A stretch of 40,000 bases of DNA. It comes from an uncultured Buttiauxella sp. (GTDB taxonomy: Bacteria > Pseudomonadota > Gammaproteobacteria > Enterobacterales > Enterobacteriaceae). The stretch is taken from assembly GCA_946480445.1 (NCBI GenBank), contig CAMLJN010000001.1:113352-153351 (forward strand). Direction: 5' to 3'. Below, piece after piece: positions 1 through 12,596 of this stretch; position 1 is the stretch's first letter, and each line of letters begins with the position of its first letter. The notes below the pieces were generated by a model. The model searched no databases. It was not told where the DNA came from and saw nothing but the letters and a program-made list of their open reading frames with translations. The translations under genes and the position numbers were made by a program.

Positions 1-298
1 GCACCTGGCAGGCAAACCCGTCGCGCTTTACGGCATGGGCGACCAGCTCGGTTACGGCGAATGGTTCCTCGACGCGCTGGGCATGCTGCACGATAAGCTG
101 GCTTCACAGGGCGTGCAGTTTATCGGCTACTGGCCGACTGAGGGCTATGAGTTCACCAGCCAGAAACCCCTTATTGCCGACGGACAGCTGTTTGTAGGCC
201 TGGCGCTGGATGAAACCAATCAGTACGACCTCAGCGACGAGCGCATAGAAACCTGGTGCGAACAAATCTTAGGTGAGATGGCCGAAAAATTCGCCTGA
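1..298 (+). CDS. fldB: Flavodoxin 2, C-terminal part (gene starts before the window)
   Basis: Open frame to the stop at 298; flavodoxin C-terminus ([21 protein letters not shown]...[16 protein letters not shown]) followed by cptA/sdhE/ygfZ as in E. coli. Confidence 0.93.
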   Translation, partial: HLAGKPVALYGMGDQLGYGEWFLDALGMLHDKLASQGVQFIGYWPTEGYEFTSQKPLIADGQLFVGLALDETNQYDLSDERIETWCEQILGEMAEKFA

Positions 299-305
299 TC
301 CCTAT

Positions 306-728
306 TCAGACCTGACCGCCACCGCTCGCCTGCTGTTGCAACATCAGGCGACGTAAATCACGCCACTCTCCGCTGTCCATGCTGTCAGACACCAGCCATA
401 AATGCTGGCTGCGCGTTTTCCCCTTCTGCCGGATCCGCAGCATGATCCCATGGCGCAGCATCCAGGGGGCGCCGACCATCTCCCACTCTTTACCCTGCCA
501 TTTCAGGTGGTAATCCGTCAGCAGTTTAATTTCACCCTGGTTGGCATGGATACGGCGCTGGCTGCGCACGCTGTCAAACACCACCAGAGAGAGTAAAAGC
601 ATCCAGACAAGCGTGTAGCTCATCGGCCAGGGTAAAAGTAATACAAAGAGCGCCAGAAGCCCGTGGGCCAGCAGGGAAAGCCACTGCGCCCGCCAGGAAA
701 CGCGAAGATCAGATTGCCACAGGACCAC
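306..728 (-). CDS. cptA: CptA/YgfX family inner membrane protein
   Basis: 140-aa ORF with N-terminal hydrophobic pair and [17 protein letters not shown] motif; overlaps sdhE as in enterobacteria. Confidence 0.9.
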   Translation of the reverse strand: MVLWQSDLRVSWRAQWLSLLAHGLLALFVLLLPWPMSYTLVWMLLLSLVVFDSVRSQRRIHANQGEIKLLTDYHLKWQGKEWEMVGAPWMLRHGIMLRIRQKGKTRSQHLWLVSDSMDSGEWRDLRRLMLQQQASGGGQV

Positions 729-975
729 GTTCTCTATTCCGTGTTTGGATAAGCTTCACCATACGCTGTAGCTGCGTGTCTGCCGGCTCGCCGTGATTCA
801 TCAACCAGTTAAACAGGTCGGGATCGTCGCATTCCAGAAGACGGATAAAGAGTGCCTTATCCTCGTCGCTTAACGTGTCATATTCATACTCAAAGAACGG
901 CATAATCGAAATATCGAGCTCGCGCATTCCACGGCGGCATGCCCAGTGAATACGTGCTTTGTTATTGATATCCAT
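709..975 (-). CDS. sdhE: FAD assembly factor SdhE (YgfY)
   Basis: 88 aa starting [27 protein letters not shown]; RGMRELD motif typical of SdhE. The provided ORF starts too far upstream; ATG complement at 973-975. Confidence 0.93.
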   Translation of the reverse strand: MDINNKARIHWACRRGMRELDISIMPFFEYEYDTLSDEDKALFIRLLECDDPDLFNWLMNHGEPADTQLQRMVKLIQTRNRERGPVAI

Positions 976-1221
976 GTGCTCTTTCCTGCTTAACTGACGT
1001 ATAAGGTACGACGGATAGTGTAACGTGTTTTCGCTCCGCGTATTACCTGAATGTTGCTTTATACGTACTTTCCCTGAATAAAAAAAAGCAACGTAAACGC
1101 GTTGCAAAGGCTTTGCGAGACAGCTCGAAACGGCACAAATCGCGTCATCAAACTGCTTGCATTGCCGGGCAGCTCTTTTACCATTACCCTCAAACATCCG
1201 TTGGATAATCCAGGACAAATT

Positions 1222-2208
1222 ATGGCTTTCACTCCTTTCCCTCCTCGTCAGCCTACAGCCGCGGCTCGCCTGCCGCTGACGCTGATGACCCTTAATGACT
1301 GGGCGCTGGTTAACGTGACGGGCGCAGAGGCCGAAAAGTACCTGCAAGGGCAAGTCACCGCAGACGTTACGCAGCTGGGAGCCAACCAGCATGTGCTATG
1401 CGCGCATTGCGATGCCAAAGGCAAAATGTGGAGCAACCTGCGGCTTTTCCCTCGTCATGACGGGTTCGCCTTTATCGAACGTCGCAGTGTGTATGAAGCA
1501 CAGCTGGCCGAGCTAAAAAAGTACGCCGTATTTTCAAAAGTTACCTTCACGCCAGATGATGAAAGCGTGCTGCTGGGGCTGGCCGGGTTCCAGGCCCGAG
1601 CGGCGCTGGCAAACATTTTTGCCAGCCTGCCGGATGCGGAAAATCCGCTGGTGCAGGAGGGCGCAACCACCCTGCTGTGGCTTAACCTACCAGCGGAGCG
1701 TTTCCTGATCGTCACCGACGCCGCTACGGCACAAACGCTGGCTGACAAACTGCGTGGTGCAGCCCAGTTTAACAACAGCCAGCAATGGCTGACGCTGGAT
1801 ATCGAAGGCGGTTTGCCTGTTATTGACAGCGTCAACAGCGCGCAATTTATACCCCAGGCCACCAATCTCCAGGCGCTGGGCGGTATCAGCTTTAAAAAGG
1901 GCTGCTATACCGGTCAGGAAATGGTGGCGCGCGCGAAGTTTCGCGGGGCCAACAAACGTGCGCTTTGGTCACTGGCTGGCAGCGCCTCCCGTGTACCGGA
2001 AGCGGGCGAAGACCTTGAGATGAAGATGGGCGACAACTGGCGCCGCACCGGCACCGTGCTGGCAGCTTGCCTGCTGGAAGACGGCCGGGTGGTGGTGCAG
2101 GCGGTAATGAATAACGATCTCGAAGCGGGGAGCCTTTTCCGCGTCCGTGAAGACAACGGCAGCGAACTCGCGCTTGAGCCACTGCCTTATTCATTAGAAG
2201 AGAGCTAA
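1222..2208 (+). CDS. ygfZ: tRNA-modifying protein YgfZ (folate-binding, GcvT-like)
   Basis: 328 aa from [11 protein letters not shown]; contains the [17 protein letters not shown] signature. Divergent from sdhE. Confidence 0.95.
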   Translation: MAFTPFPPRQPTAAARLPLTLMTLNDWALVNVTGAEAEKYLQGQVTADVTQLGANQHVLCAHCDAKGKMWSNLRLFPRHDGFAFIERRSVYEAQLAELKKYAVFSKVTFTPDDESVLLGLAGFQARAALANIFASLPDAENPLVQEGATTLLWLNLPAERFLIVTDAATAQTLADKLRGAAQFNNSQQWLTLDIEGGLPVIDSVNSAQFIPQATNLQALGGISFKKGCYTGQEMVARAKFRGANKRALWSLAGSASRVPEAGEDLEMKMGDNWRRTGTVLAACLLEDGRVVVQAVMNNDLEAGSLFRVREDNGSELALEPLPYSLEES

Positions 2209-2251
2209 TCCCTGCCCGTATCCTGCCCCTGCAACGTGGGGGCAGGAAGCC

Positions 2252-2905
2252 CTAGCGGATATACAGGTAAATGGCGAGAAAATGGCACACGCTGCCGCCC
2301 AGCACAAAACCATGCCAGATGGCGTGGTTGTATGGGATACGTTTGCAGACATAGAAAATAACGCCCAGCGAATAAATGATCCCGCCTGCTGCCAGCAGCG
2401 TTACGCTGCCAGGGGCGAGCTTGATCACCATCTGGTAGATCACCACCAACGACAGCCAGCCCATCAAAAGATAGGTCACCAGCGACAGCACCTTAAAGCG
2501 GTGGGCAATGGTGAGCTTAAACAGAACTCCCGCCAGCGCGAGGCTCCAGATAACAATCATCAATCCGCGTGAGAGCGGCGAATCCAGCCCTATGAGCAGG
2601 AAAGGCGTGTAGGTCCCGGCAATCAGCAGGTAAATAGCACAGTGGTCAAATTTCTTTAACCAGCGCTTGGCCCGCTCGTGGGGAATAGCGTGATACAACG
2701 TCGAGGCAAGAAACAGCAAAATCATGCTGCCGCCGTACAGGCTGTAGCTGGTAATCGCCGTCACGCTGGCGTTGGCATCAAGGGCCTGAACCAGCAGCAG
2801 AACCAGTCCGACAATGCCGAACACCAGCCCAATACCGTGGCTAATGCTATTGGCAATTTCCTCTGCCAGTGAATATCCCGATGTTTTGATTGGTTTGTCA
2901 GCCAT
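2252..2905 (-). CDS. trhA: PAQR/hemolysin III family membrane protein TrhA (YqfA)
   Basis: 217 aa from [26 protein letters not shown]; multiple TM segments and [16 protein letters not shown] motif. Confidence 0.92.
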   Translation of the reverse strand: MADKPIKTSGYSLAEEIANSISHGIGLVFGIVGLVLLLVQALDANASVTAITSYSLYGGSMILLFLASTLYHAIPHERAKRWLKKFDHCAIYLLIAGTYTPFLLIGLDSPLSRGLMIVIWSLALAGVLFKLTIAHRFKVLSLVTYLLMGWLSLVVIYQMVIKLAPGSVTLLAAGGIIYSLGVIFYVCKRIPYNHAIWHGFVLGGSVCHFLAIYLYIR

Positions 2906-3059
2906 AAGGCTACTCCCGATACATAAGATGAAAAATGCAGCATCCTCAGCATAACTGAGAATGATTCCAGTGAACACGTGTACGCTAAAATAAATCTCTC
3001 AGCGCCGGAAGGCATACCTGTACAATCAATCCGTCATCAAAAAATAAGGAGCAACAGCG

Positions 3060-3656
3060 ATGTCCCCACTTCCCTTTGGCGTAATGAGCGATGTCATCGC
3101 CTTTCTGATGGAGATCGACAAGCTTAAGCAGGTTGAACGACGCACAAAGATTATCGGTAAGGATAGACAGGAAAACTCGGCGGAACATAGCTGGCATTTT
3201 GCCGTGGCGGCCATGAGCCTCGCGCCATTCGCGCCGGCAGAAGTGAATATGTCGCGGGTCGTGCAAATGGCATTGTTGCATGACATCGTTGAAATTGATG
3301 TCGGTGATGTCCTGGTTTACGACCTGGCGGCAAGAGAAGCCGTTGCGCAGAAAGAAGCCCTTGCGGCTGAACGCCTGTTTGGATTATTACCCGAACCTCA
3401 GCGCGGTGATTTTCTTGCTCTCTGGCAGGAGTATGAAGCTGGCGTCAGTGAGGATGCCCGCTTTGCCAGTTCGCTCGATCGTATTTTGCCCATTTTGCAA
3501 AATCTGCATAATGAAGGACAAAGCTGGCGTGAAAATAATATCTCTCTGGAGCAGGTCTTAACCCGCAATGCACGAGCAGGCGAAAGCTGGCCCGAATTAT
3601 GGCAACATGTCGTCAGCCATTTGTATCTTGCGCAGGAAAAGGGCTGGCTGCGCTAA
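3060..3656 (+). CDS. HD-domain-containing protein (putative phosphohydrolase)
   Basis: 198 aa with NSAEHSWHFA and ALLHDIVEIDVGDV, i.e. the H...HD...D arrangement of small HD hydrolases (YfbR-like fold). Confidence 0.8.
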   Translation: MSPLPFGVMSDVIAFLMEIDKLKQVERRTKIIGKDRQENSAEHSWHFAVAAMSLAPFAPAEVNMSRVVQMALLHDIVEIDVGDVLVYDLAAREAVAQKEALAAERLFGLLPEPQRGDFLALWQEYEAGVSEDARFASSLDRILPILQNLHNEGQSWRENNISLEQVLTRNARAGESWPELWQHVVSHLYLAQEKGWLR

Positions 3657-3698
3657 ACTACTCGCCGGATCACGGCTGAACACTCAGGAAGATGCACG

Positions 3699-4427
3699 AT
3701 GTTTACTCACGCGGCGGTCGCTAATCTCAACGGTCTGGAAATGCAGGTCTACAACTATGTCATTAAAAACCGTGACAAAGTGATGTATATGACCATCCGC
3801 GAGCTGGCTGACGCCGTAGGCGTCTCCACCACCACCGTGCTGCGCTTTTGCCGTAAGCTGAACTGTGAGGGCTACTCTGAATTCCGCGTGCGTTTTAAAT
3901 TATTTCTTGAGCAGAATGATGAGCAGCAGGTTAATTTTGGCCCCAGCGAAATAATCAGTTTTTTCAAAAGCACCAACAATGAAGAATTCGATAATTTAAT
4001 CGACCGTGCCATCGACATTATTTGCGCATCGGAGCGAATTATATTCGTTGGCGCAGGCACCTCTGGAGCGCTGGCTAAATATGGCGCACGTTTCTTTTCC
4101 AACGTCGGTAAATTTAGCAACCATATTGACGATCCCTATTTTCCGGTGACCAGCGATATGGCCAAAAATGCGCTGGCGATTGTGCTTTCCGTTTCAGGGG
4201 AGACGGAAGAGATCCTGCGCTTTGCCAGCCAGTTCAGCCTGCATAACTGCAAGGTGATGTCTGTCACCAGCCATGAGAACTCTTCCCTTGCGAAGCTTGC
4301 AGACTTCAATATCTCCTGGCACATTCCCCTCACCCGCGTAGCGGGCGTCTATGACATCACGACCCAAATCCCCGTTATTTATATTTTAGAAACGATAGGC
4401 CGCAGACTGGCGAAAAAAATGGCGTAA
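3699..4427 (+). CDS. RpiR/MurR-family transcriptional regulator (HTH plus SIS domain)
   Basis: 242 aa; N-terminal MTIRELADAVGVSTTTVLRFCRKLNCEGYSEFR helix-turn-helix, then VGAGTSGALAKYGARFF SIS domain; directly upstream of bglA. Confidence 0.88.
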   Translation: MFTHAAVANLNGLEMQVYNYVIKNRDKVMYMTIRELADAVGVSTTTVLRFCRKLNCEGYSEFRVRFKLFLEQNDEQQVNFGPSEIISFFKSTNNEEFDNLIDRAIDIICASERIIFVGAGTSGALAKYGARFFSNVGKFSNHIDDPYFPVTSDMAKNALAIVLSVSGETEEILRFASQFSLHNCKVMSVTSHENSSLAKLADFNISWHIPLTRVAGVYDITTQIPVIYILETIGRRLAKKMA

Positions 4428-4449
4428 AAAACATATTGTTTTTTATATG

Positions 4450-4506
4450 TAACAAATCACAAGATCCGCCATTTGTTATATCGTGACAATTAAATCTCAT
4501 TTGTTA
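4450..4506. promoter_or_regulatory. Candidate operator region for the RpiR-family regulator/bglA
   Basis: taacaaat (4450-4457) and atttgtta (4471-4478) form an 8-bp inverted repeat; a third identical half-site atttgtta is at 4499-4506, all in the rpiR-like to bglA intergenic region. Confidence 0.35.
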
Positions 4507-4586
4507 GACTCCAGCACAGAGCTTATTAACGTAACGCCATTTCGTGAGCTAACGCACAAGAGTACTGGCGCTGACAGTGAGATTAA

Positions 4587-6023
<1,437 letters not shown>

Positions 6024-6042
6024 TCGCTTAGCGACAGAGAAC

Positions 6043-6072
6043 GGGTGGATAGCGCGTTGCGCTTATCCACCC
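6043..6072. repeat. REP-like palindrome downstream of bglA
   Basis: gggtggatagcgcgttgcgcttatccaccc: inverted repeat with stem gggtggat/atccaccc, inner gcgc/gcgc and imperfect centre; similar to the pair between gcvH and gcvP. Confidence 0.6.
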
Positions 6073-6089
6073 GACATCCGCCCTACACC

Positions 6090-7556
6090 CTACACAGGCA
6101 GAGCGAAACGGAAGCAGGCACCGTTTTCAGCCTTGTCGACAAGCATGATATCGCTGCCGTGCAGCTGAAGCATCTGACGAACAATCATTAACCCCAGCCC
6201 CCCTACCCGCAGCCGGGACTGGCTGGCAATAGACGGCCGCACAAACAGCCCCTCTTTAAGCTCCTGCGCAATACCCGGCCCGTTATCGCTCACCTGTACC
6301 AATACCTTCTCTCCTTCAGCCCACAGGCGAACCGAGATCGTTCCTTTTTCTGGCGCATGTCGAATGGCATTATCAAGCAGGTTTGTGAGTACGCGCTCAA
6401 TCATCCCGACATCAGCGTCAATCATCGGCAATCCAGGCTGAATATCCGCCAGCATTTGCTGCTGACGCGTCTGCGCCGCGAGTTCAAATTTCTGGAAGAC
6501 ATCCTGCAAAAGCTCGCTCAGGGAAAAGTGTTCTTTCTGCGGTTTCACCACGCCATATTCCAGACGCGCCAGCTCAAACAATGACTGTGCCAGCGTGCCG
6601 ACTTTCTGACTTTGCCCCAGCGCGATATCCAGGTAACGCTTTTTATCCGCCTCGGAGAGCGTCGCCGACATCACCGATAAGCTTTCCAGATAGCCATGCA
6701 AAGAGGTCAGCGGCGTGCGCAGGTCGTGTGAAATATTAGCGATAAATTCACGGCGCAGCTGATCCTGGTGAGACAACCGTTGCCACTGCTCAGCGATGCG
6801 TCGGGCCATAGAGATAACCCCCTGACGCAGAAGGCCAATCTCATCGCCGCCAATTTCATCGCGTGTTGGCTGAGCGGCCATCGCCTTCATTTCTTCCATG
6901 CCGCCGGTTTCAAGAGCATGAACCTGACGTGAAAGACTGCGCAGCGGGCGCGTGATCCAGCGAAAGGCCAGGCCACCCACGATAAGCCCCAGTAACGCGA
7001 CCAGACTTATGGATAGCAAAACGATCTTCAGCAGCGCGTTAAATTGTGCATCGCTGTTTAGCGCGCTGTATTTTTCCCCCAGCAGGATGACGTAAAGATA
7101 GCCTTTAATCTGCCCGTCCTGGCGCATCGGTGCCACGCTAAAGACTTTCTTACCGTGCAGGCTGCGGGGATCGTCTCCATAGACGGGGTAGTGCGGGCTG
7201 TTCATCGCCTCCTGAAGAGGCTGTAAATCAATACGTTCGCGTTTCAGATGCCCGGGCGGTGCGCCATCGCCCACGATGTTACCCTGCTTATCCAGCAGAT
7301 AAACCTCAACGCTTGGGTTCACGGCCATCAGATGATCGAACAGGGTACGCACCGAGTCTTTGTTTATCCCGTCCTGACCGAGCAGCGGGTAGCTCTGATT
7401 GATATGCTGCGCCAGGTCGCCAGAAAGCTGCTGGATAACAGCCTGGCTGTACTGGGTACTGGTTCGCACCTGCAACCAGCCCAGCAGCGCGCAAGAGCAG
7501 AGCAACAGCAGGGCGAATGTAAGCGTCAGGCGCTGTGACAGGGAAAAAGTTCGCAT
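6090..7556 (-). CDS. Two-component sensor histidine kinase (TM, HAMP, HisKA, HATPase)
   Basis: 488 aa; N-terminal TM, periplasmic segment, second TM/HAMP (WITRPLRSLSRQVHAL), FIANISHDLRTPLTSLHGYLE H-box, LLDNAIRHAPEKG N-box, DNGPGI and GGLGLMIVRQ G-boxes. Confidence 0.92.
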   Translation of the reverse strand: MRTFSLSQRLTLTFALLLLCSCALLGWLQVRTSTQYSQAVIQQLSGDLAQHINQSYPLLGQDGINKDSVRTLFDHLMAVNPSVEVYLLDKQGNIVGDGAPPGHLKRERIDLQPLQEAMNSPHYPVYGDDPRSLHGKKVFSVAPMRQDGQIKGYLYVILLGEKYSALNSDAQFNALLKIVLLSISLVALLGLIVGGLAFRWITRPLRSLSRQVHALETGGMEEMKAMAAQPTRDEIGGDEIGLLRQGVISMARRIAEQWQRLSHQDQLRREFIANISHDLRTPLTSLHGYLESLSVMSATLSEADKKRYLDIALGQSQKVGTLAQSLFELARLEYGVVKPQKEHFSLSELLQDVFQKFELAAQTRQQQMLADIQPGLPMIDADVGMIERVLTNLLDNAIRHAPEKGTISVRLWAEGEKVLVQVSDNGPGIAQELKEGLFVRPSIASQSRLRVGGLGLMIVRQMLQLHGSDIMLVDKAENGACFRFALPV

Positions 7557-7559
7557 AGT

Positions 7560-8297
7560 TTACTCGCGTGGCTGTGCGGTGAATTTATAGCCTTTGCCCC
7601 AGACGGTACGGATAAAGCCAGGCTCTGCCGGGTTGTCTTCAATCTTGATGCGCAGACGGTTGATATGCGTGTTGACCGTATGCTCATAGCCTTCATGTTC
7701 GTAGCCCCAGACCTGGTTAAGCAGGTTCAGACGCGAGAAAACCTGTTCGGGATGTCGGGCGAAGAAATAGAGCAGATCAAACTCACGCGGGGTGAGCTCC
7801 ACCAGCTGATAGTTCAGCTGGACGTTCCTCGCCAGCGGGTCGATAGAAAGATTATCGAAGGTCAGCACGCCCGCATCCTGGCGCAGATTCTGGCTCATCG
7901 CCTCCTGTCTGCGAAACAGTGCTTTCACACGCGCCACCAGCTCCAGCATGGAAAACGGCTTGGCGAGATAGTCGTCTGCGCCCAGTTCCAGGCCGAGCAC
8001 GCGATGCGTTTCGCTTGAGCGAGCGCTAATGATAATGATGGGCGTGTAGCGCGTCATCGTTCTGGCGTGGCGACAGATTTCCAGGCCATCCACGCCCGGC
8101 AGCATCAGGTCGAGGATTAACGCATCCCAGCCGCCCTGTTTCAGTTTTTCCATTCCTGTAGTGCCGTCTGCCGCGTGAGTGATAACAAATCCCTCCTCGC
8201 GCAGGTGCAGCTGCAAAAGCTCGGCGATATTTTCGTCGTCTTCCACAATTAACAGCTTTTTCGCCTGATTCACCTGAATCCTCCCCACATACGTCAT
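7560..8297 (-). CDS. OmpR/PhoB-family response regulator
   Basis: ORF of 245 aa with VEDDENI, LDLMLPGVDG, DDYLAKPFS receiver motifs and winged-helix output (LTPREFDLLYFFARHPEQVFSR...VNTHINRLRIKIE); 3 nt upstream of the kinase. Start may be internal (V-NQAKKLLIVEDD). Confidence 0.92.
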   Translation of the reverse strand: MTYVGRIQVNQAKKLLIVEDDENIAELLQLHLREEGFVITHAADGTTGMEKLKQGGWDALILDLMLPGVDGLEICRHARTMTRYTPIIIISARSSETHRVLGLELGADDYLAKPFSMLELVARVKALFRRQEAMSQNLRQDAGVLTFDNLSIDPLARNVQLNYQLVELTPREFDLLYFFARHPEQVFSRLNLLNQVWGYEHEGYEHTVNTHINRLRIKIEDNPAEPGFIRTVWGKGYKFTAQPRE

Positions 8298-8353
8298 GAA
8301 GAAAGTCTACACAACAAGCAGGCGGAAAGTTGTCACATTTTGTTTAACTCTGA

Positions 8354-9097
8354 TTACCTGCCGCCAGCAAGATCGATAAAACTGCCGGTGACGTAAGAGG
8401 CTTTGCTGCTCAGTAACCAGACGATGGCCTGTGCCACCTCTTCCGGCTGCCCGCCGCGCTTCATGGGCAGCGCTTCTTTTACGCGATCGACGCGCCCCGC
8501 TTCACCGCCGGAGGCATGCATTTGGGTATAAATAAAGCCGGGACGCACACCGTTCACACGAATGCCCTGCGCCGCCACTTCCAGCGACAACCCGGTCGTC
8601 AGCGTATCTACCGCGCCTTTCGACGCCGCATAATCAACATATTCACCCGGCGAGCCGAGCCTTGCGGCGGCAGACGAAACGTTAACAATCGCCCCGCCTT
8701 CTCCACCGTGACGATACGCCATACGCTTGACCGCCTCGCGGCAGCAAAGGAAGTAACCCGTAACGTTGGTTGCCAGTACGCGGTTAATGCGCTCAGCCGT
8801 CAGGGTTTCGACCGTTGACTGCTCAAAGAGAATGCCTGCGTTGTTCACAAGGGCGGTAAGCGGCCCAAAAGCGCGGTCGATTTCGACAAACATCGCCATC
8901 ACCTGCAGCTCGTCTGCAATATCAGCCTTAATTGCCAGCGCCTCACCCCCCGCCGAGAGGATCGTGTTGACGACTTCATCGGCAGCCATTTTATTACGCA
9001 GGTAGTTTACAACGACTTTATAACCCGACTGCGCCAGCAGGATAGCGGTTGCTTTGCCAATCCCCCGACTGCCGCCGGTAACCAGTGCCACGCTCAT
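8354..9097 (-). CDS. ygfF: SDR-family oxidoreductase YgfF
   Basis: 247 aa; TGGSRGIG cofactor motif, YVDYAASKGAVDTLTTGLS active site; same position next to gcvP as in E. coli. Confidence 0.9.
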   Translation of the reverse strand: MSVALVTGGSRGIGKATAILLAQSGYKVVVNYLRNKMAADEVVNTILSAGGEALAIKADIADELQVMAMFVEIDRAFGPLTALVNNAGILFEQSTVETLTAERINRVLATNVTGYFLCCREAVKRMAYRHGGEGGAIVNVSSAAARLGSPGEYVDYAASKGAVDTLTTGLSLEVAAQGIRVNGVRPGFIYTQMHASGGEAGRVDRVKEALPMKRGGQPEEVAQAIVWLLSSKASYVTGSFIDLAGGR

Positions 9098-9186
9098 TTT
9101 TCTCTCCTGATACAGATAGCATAAAGGGCACCTGGGTGCCCTTTATGCGTCGTTACCCCTGTCTCCCTCCGGGAGTGAGGGGTCTG

Positions 9187-12060
9187 TTACTGGTATTCGC
9201 TCATCGGCACGCAGGAGCAGAACAGATTGCGATCGCCAAAGACATCGTCAAGGCGCTTCACTGTCGGCCAGTATTTGTTGCCGTGGCCTGCCGGGAATAC
9301 GGCAAGCTCGCGCGTATACGGGTGCGACCAGTCGGCCACCATTTCGTCCTGCGTATGCGGCGCATTGACCAGCGGGTTGTCTTCCAGCGGCCATTCCCCC
9401 TTCGCCACGCGGTCGATTTCAGTGCGGATGGCAAGCATCGCGTCGATAAAGCGATCCAGCTCCAGCTTACTTTCGGACTCCGTCGGCTCAACCATCAGCG
9501 TTCCCGCGACCGGGAAAGACATGGTTGGTGCATGGAAACCGAAGTCAATCAGACGCTTGGCAATGTCCAGCTCACTGATACCGGTTTCTTCTTTCAGCGG
9601 ACGAATATCAAGAATACATTCGTGCGCCACGCGGCCATTGGCACCGGTATACAGAATCGGGAAGGCTGACTGCAGACGGCTGGCAATATAGTTCGCGTTG
9701 AGAATAGCCACCTGGCTTGCTTTCTTCAGGCCTTCGGCACCCATCATGCGGATGTACATCCAGCTGATTGGCAGAATAGAGGCGCTGCCAAAAGGTGCAG
9801 CAGAAACCGCGCCCTGCTGGGTGAGCATCTCTTCAATCTGCACCACGCTGTGGCCCGGTACAAATGGAGCCAGGTGCGCTTTCACGCCGATTGGCCCCAT
9901 GCCAGGACCGCCGCCGCCGTGAGGGATGCAGAAGGTTTTGTGCAGGTTGAGGTGCGAAACGTCCGCGCCGATAAAGCCCGGGGAAGTAATGCCCACCTGT
10001 GCGTTCATGTTCGCGCCGTCCAGGTAAACCTGGCCGCCATACTGGTGAACAATCTCGCACACTTCGCGGATAGTCTCTTCATAGACGCCGTGAGTGGAGG
10101 GATAGGTCACCATAATGCAGGAAAGCGCAGCTCCCGCCTGCTCGGCTTTGGCCCGCAGATCCTGAAGATCAATGTTGCCCTGCTTGTCGCACGCCACCAC
10201 GATCACTTCCATACCCGCCATTTGTGCAGAGGCTGGGTTAGTGCCGTGCGCGGAACTTGGGATCAGGCAGATGTTGCGACCCGCTTCGTTACGGCTTTCG
10301 TGATAGCGACGAATAGCCAGCAGACCGGCATATTCCCCCTGAGCACCGGAGTTTGGCTGCATGCACAGCGCGTCGTAGCCGGTCAGCTTCACCAGCCAGT
10401 CGGACAGCTGGGCGATCATCTGATGGTAGCCTTCGGCCTGGTTCGCCGGGCAGAAGGGATGCAGCTCGGCAAATTCAGGCCAGGTGATCGGGATCATCTC
10501 CGCGGCGGCGTTCAGCTTCATGGTGCAGGAGCCCAGCGGGATCATTGCCTGATTGAGCGCCAGATCTTTGCGTTCCAGAGAGTGCATGTAGCGCATCATC
10601 TCGGTTTCGCTGTGGTAGCGGTTAAAGACTGGATGGGTCAGGATGGCATCTTCACGCAGCATCGCCGTCGGGACAGAGAGGCTGTCCCCCGCTACGTCCT
10701 GGTCCAGCTTATCAATATCAAGGCCGTGATTATCACCCAGCAGCACGGCGAACAGCGCCTGGACGTCTTCGCGGGTGGTGGCTTCATCCAGCGTGATGCC
10801 TACCGCATTCAGAATGTCGCTGCGTAGGTTAATTTCTTTTGCTTCAGCGCGAGCCAGCACGGCGGCTTTGTCGGCCACTTCCACGCACAGCGTGTCGAAC
10901 CAGTGTTTGTGACGCAGCACCAGGCCATTCTTTTGCAGGCCAGCGGCAAGAATATCGGTCAGGCGGTGGATGCGGCCAGCGATGCGTTTCAGGCCAGCCG
11001 GCCCGTGGAAGACGGCATACAGGCTGGCGATATTGGCCAGCAGCACCTGAGAAGTACAGATGTTGGAGTTCGCTTTCTCGCGGCGGATATGCTGCTCACG
11101 TGTCTGCATCGCCATGCGCAGTGCAGTGCGACCAGCGGCATCGCGGGAGACACCGATGATACGGCCTGGCATGGAGCGTTTAAATTCGTCGCGAGCGGCA
11201 AAGAATGCCGCGTGCGGGCCACCATAACCCATCGGCACACCGAAGCGCTGTGCGGACCCGAATACAATGTCAGCCCCCTGCTTACCCGGTGCGGTCAGCA
11301 ACACCAGCGACATAAAATCAGCGGCAACGCTGACGATAATTTTGCGCTGTTTCAGTTCAGCAATCAGCGGGCTGTAGTCGTGGACTTCACCGGTCGTACC
11401 CACCTGCTGGAGCAGCACGCCGAACACATCCTGATGATCCAGCACCTTAGCCGCATCATCGACAATCACATCAAAACCGAAGGTCTCTGCGCGAGTACGC
11501 ACCACATCCAGAGTTTGCGGATGCACATCTGCCGCCACGAAGAAACGGTTGGCGTTCTTCAGCTTGCTGACGCGCTTTGCCATAGCCATAGCTTCTGCCG
11601 CTGCGCTAGCTTCATCCAGCAGCGAGGCGGAAGCGATATCCATGCCGGTCAGATCCAGGGTGACCTGCTGGAAGTTCAGCAGCGCTTCCAGACGCCCCTG
11701 GGAGACTTCTGGCTGATAAGGCGTGTAGGCAGTATACCAGCCCGGATTTTCCAGCATGTTACGCAGAATCACCGGCGGAGTTTGCACCGCGGTGTACCCC
11801 ATCCCGATATAGGATTTAAAACGCTTATTACGGCTGGCAATGGCTTTCAGTTCAGCCAGGGCCGCAAATTCGGTTGCGGCTTCCCCCACCTGCGGCGGCT
11901 GCGCGAGCTGAATGTCAGCCGGAACAAGAGTGGAAATCAGTTCATTGAGAGAACGAGCGCCCACGGCCTCCAGCATTTCGTGCTGCTGCTGAGCGGAAGG
12001 GCCAATGTGACGATCGATAAACGCTTCGTGGTTCTCAAGGCTACGTAAGGACTGGGTCAT
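9187..12060 (-). CDS. gcvP: Glycine dehydrogenase (decarboxylating), glycine cleavage P protein
   Basis: 957 aa from [22 protein letters not shown]; PLP-lysine region [19 protein letters not shown]. Confidence 0.97.
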   Translation of the reverse strand: MTQSLRSLENHEAFIDRHIGPSAQQQHEMLEAVGARSLNELISTLVPADIQLAQPPQVGEAATEFAALAELKAIASRNKRFKSYIGMGYTAVQTPPVILRNMLENPGWYTAYTPYQPEVSQGRLEALLNFQQVTLDLTGMDIASASLLDEASAAAEAMAMAKRVSKLKNANRFFVAADVHPQTLDVVRTRAETFGFDVIVDDAAKVLDHQDVFGVLLQQVGTTGEVHDYSPLIAELKQRKIIVSVAADFMSLVLLTAPGKQGADIVFGSAQRFGVPMGYGGPHAAFFAARDEFKRSMPGRIIGVSRDAAGRTALRMAMQTREQHIRREKANSNICTSQVLLANIASLYAVFHGPAGLKRIAGRIHRLTDILAAGLQKNGLVLRHKHWFDTLCVEVADKAAVLARAEAKEINLRSDILNAVGITLDEATTREDVQALFAVLLGDNHGLDIDKLDQDVAGDSLSVPTAMLREDAILTHPVFNRYHSETEMMRYMHSLERKDLALNQAMIPLGSCTMKLNAAAEMIPITWPEFAELHPFCPANQAEGYHQMIAQLSDWLVKLTGYDALCMQPNSGAQGEYAGLLAIRRYHESRNEAGRNICLIPSSAHGTNPASAQMAGMEVIVVACDKQGNIDLQDLRAKAEQAGAALSCIMVTYPSTHGVYEETIREVCEIVHQYGGQVYLDGANMNAQVGITSPGFIGADVSHLNLHKTFCIPHGGGGPGMGPIGVKAHLAPFVPGHSVVQIEEMLTQQGAVSAAPFGSASILPISWMYIRMMGAEGLKKASQVAILNANYIASRLQSAFPILYTGANGRVAHECILDIRPLKEETGISELDIAKRLIDFGFHAPTMSFPVAGTLMVEPTESESKLELDRFIDAMLAIRTEIDRVAKGEWPLEDNPLVNAPHTQDEMVADWSHPYTRELAVFPAGHGNKYWPTVKRLDDVFGDRNLFCSCVPMSEYQ

Positions 12061-12094
12061 GAGCGGTGATTCCTGAAACAGGCGGAACTTTAGC

Positions 12095-12175
12095 GGTGGA
12101 TGGCGCGATGCCTGTCCACCCGACAAAACAAGACGCTGCGATAGCGCAGGGCGGATAAGCGAAGCGTTATCCGCC
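12095..12175. repeat. Pair of REP-like palindromes (BIME-like) inside the gcv operon
   Basis: ggtggatggcgcgatgcctgtccacc (12095-12120) and ggcggataagcgaagcgttatccgcc (12150-12175), both hairpins, in the gcvH-gcvP spacer. Confidence 0.6.
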
Positions 12176-12185
12176 GGATACGTTG

Positions 12186-12575
12186 TTACTCGTTTTCTAA
12201 CAGGGCTTCGTACGCGGCGGCGTCAAGCAGCCCCTCCAGCTCGGATTCGTCGCTGGCTTTGATTTTGAAAATCCAGCCGCCGGTGTAAGGCTCGCTGTTC
12301 ACCAGCTCAGGATTACCTTCCAGCTCGCTGTTCACGGCAATGATTTCACCGCTGATTGGCGCGTAGATATCGGACGCGGCCTTCACCGATTCCGCAACGG
12401 CGCAGTCGTCGCCGGTGCTAACGGTAGAGCCAACGTCTGGCAGATCCACAAATACCATGTCACCAAGCAGCTCCTGAGCGTGCTCGGTGATACCTACGGT
12501 GTAGGAACCGTCCGCTTCTTTACGCAGCCATTCGTGTTCTTTGCTGTATTTCAGTTCATTAGGCACATTGCTCAT
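12186..12575 (-). CDS. gcvH: Glycine cleavage system H protein
   Basis: 129 aa; lipoyl domain motif [34 protein letters not shown]. Confidence 0.97.
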   Translation of the reverse strand: MSNVPNELKYSKEHEWLRKEADGSYTVGITEHAQELLGDMVFVDLPDVGSTVSTGDDCAVAESVKAASDIYAPISGEIIAVNSELEGNPELVNSEPYTGGWIFKIKASDESELEGLLDAAAYEALLENE

Positions 12576-12596
12576 TCTTGTTTCCTTCTTTGAAAT

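Noticed and set aside
9850-12048. Long plus-strand ORFs (325 aa at 9850-10827, 381 aa at 10903-12048) opposite gcvP
   Set aside because: They lie antisense to well-supported gcvP and have His/Arg/Gln-rich composition typical of shadow ORFs opposite GC-rich coding sequence.
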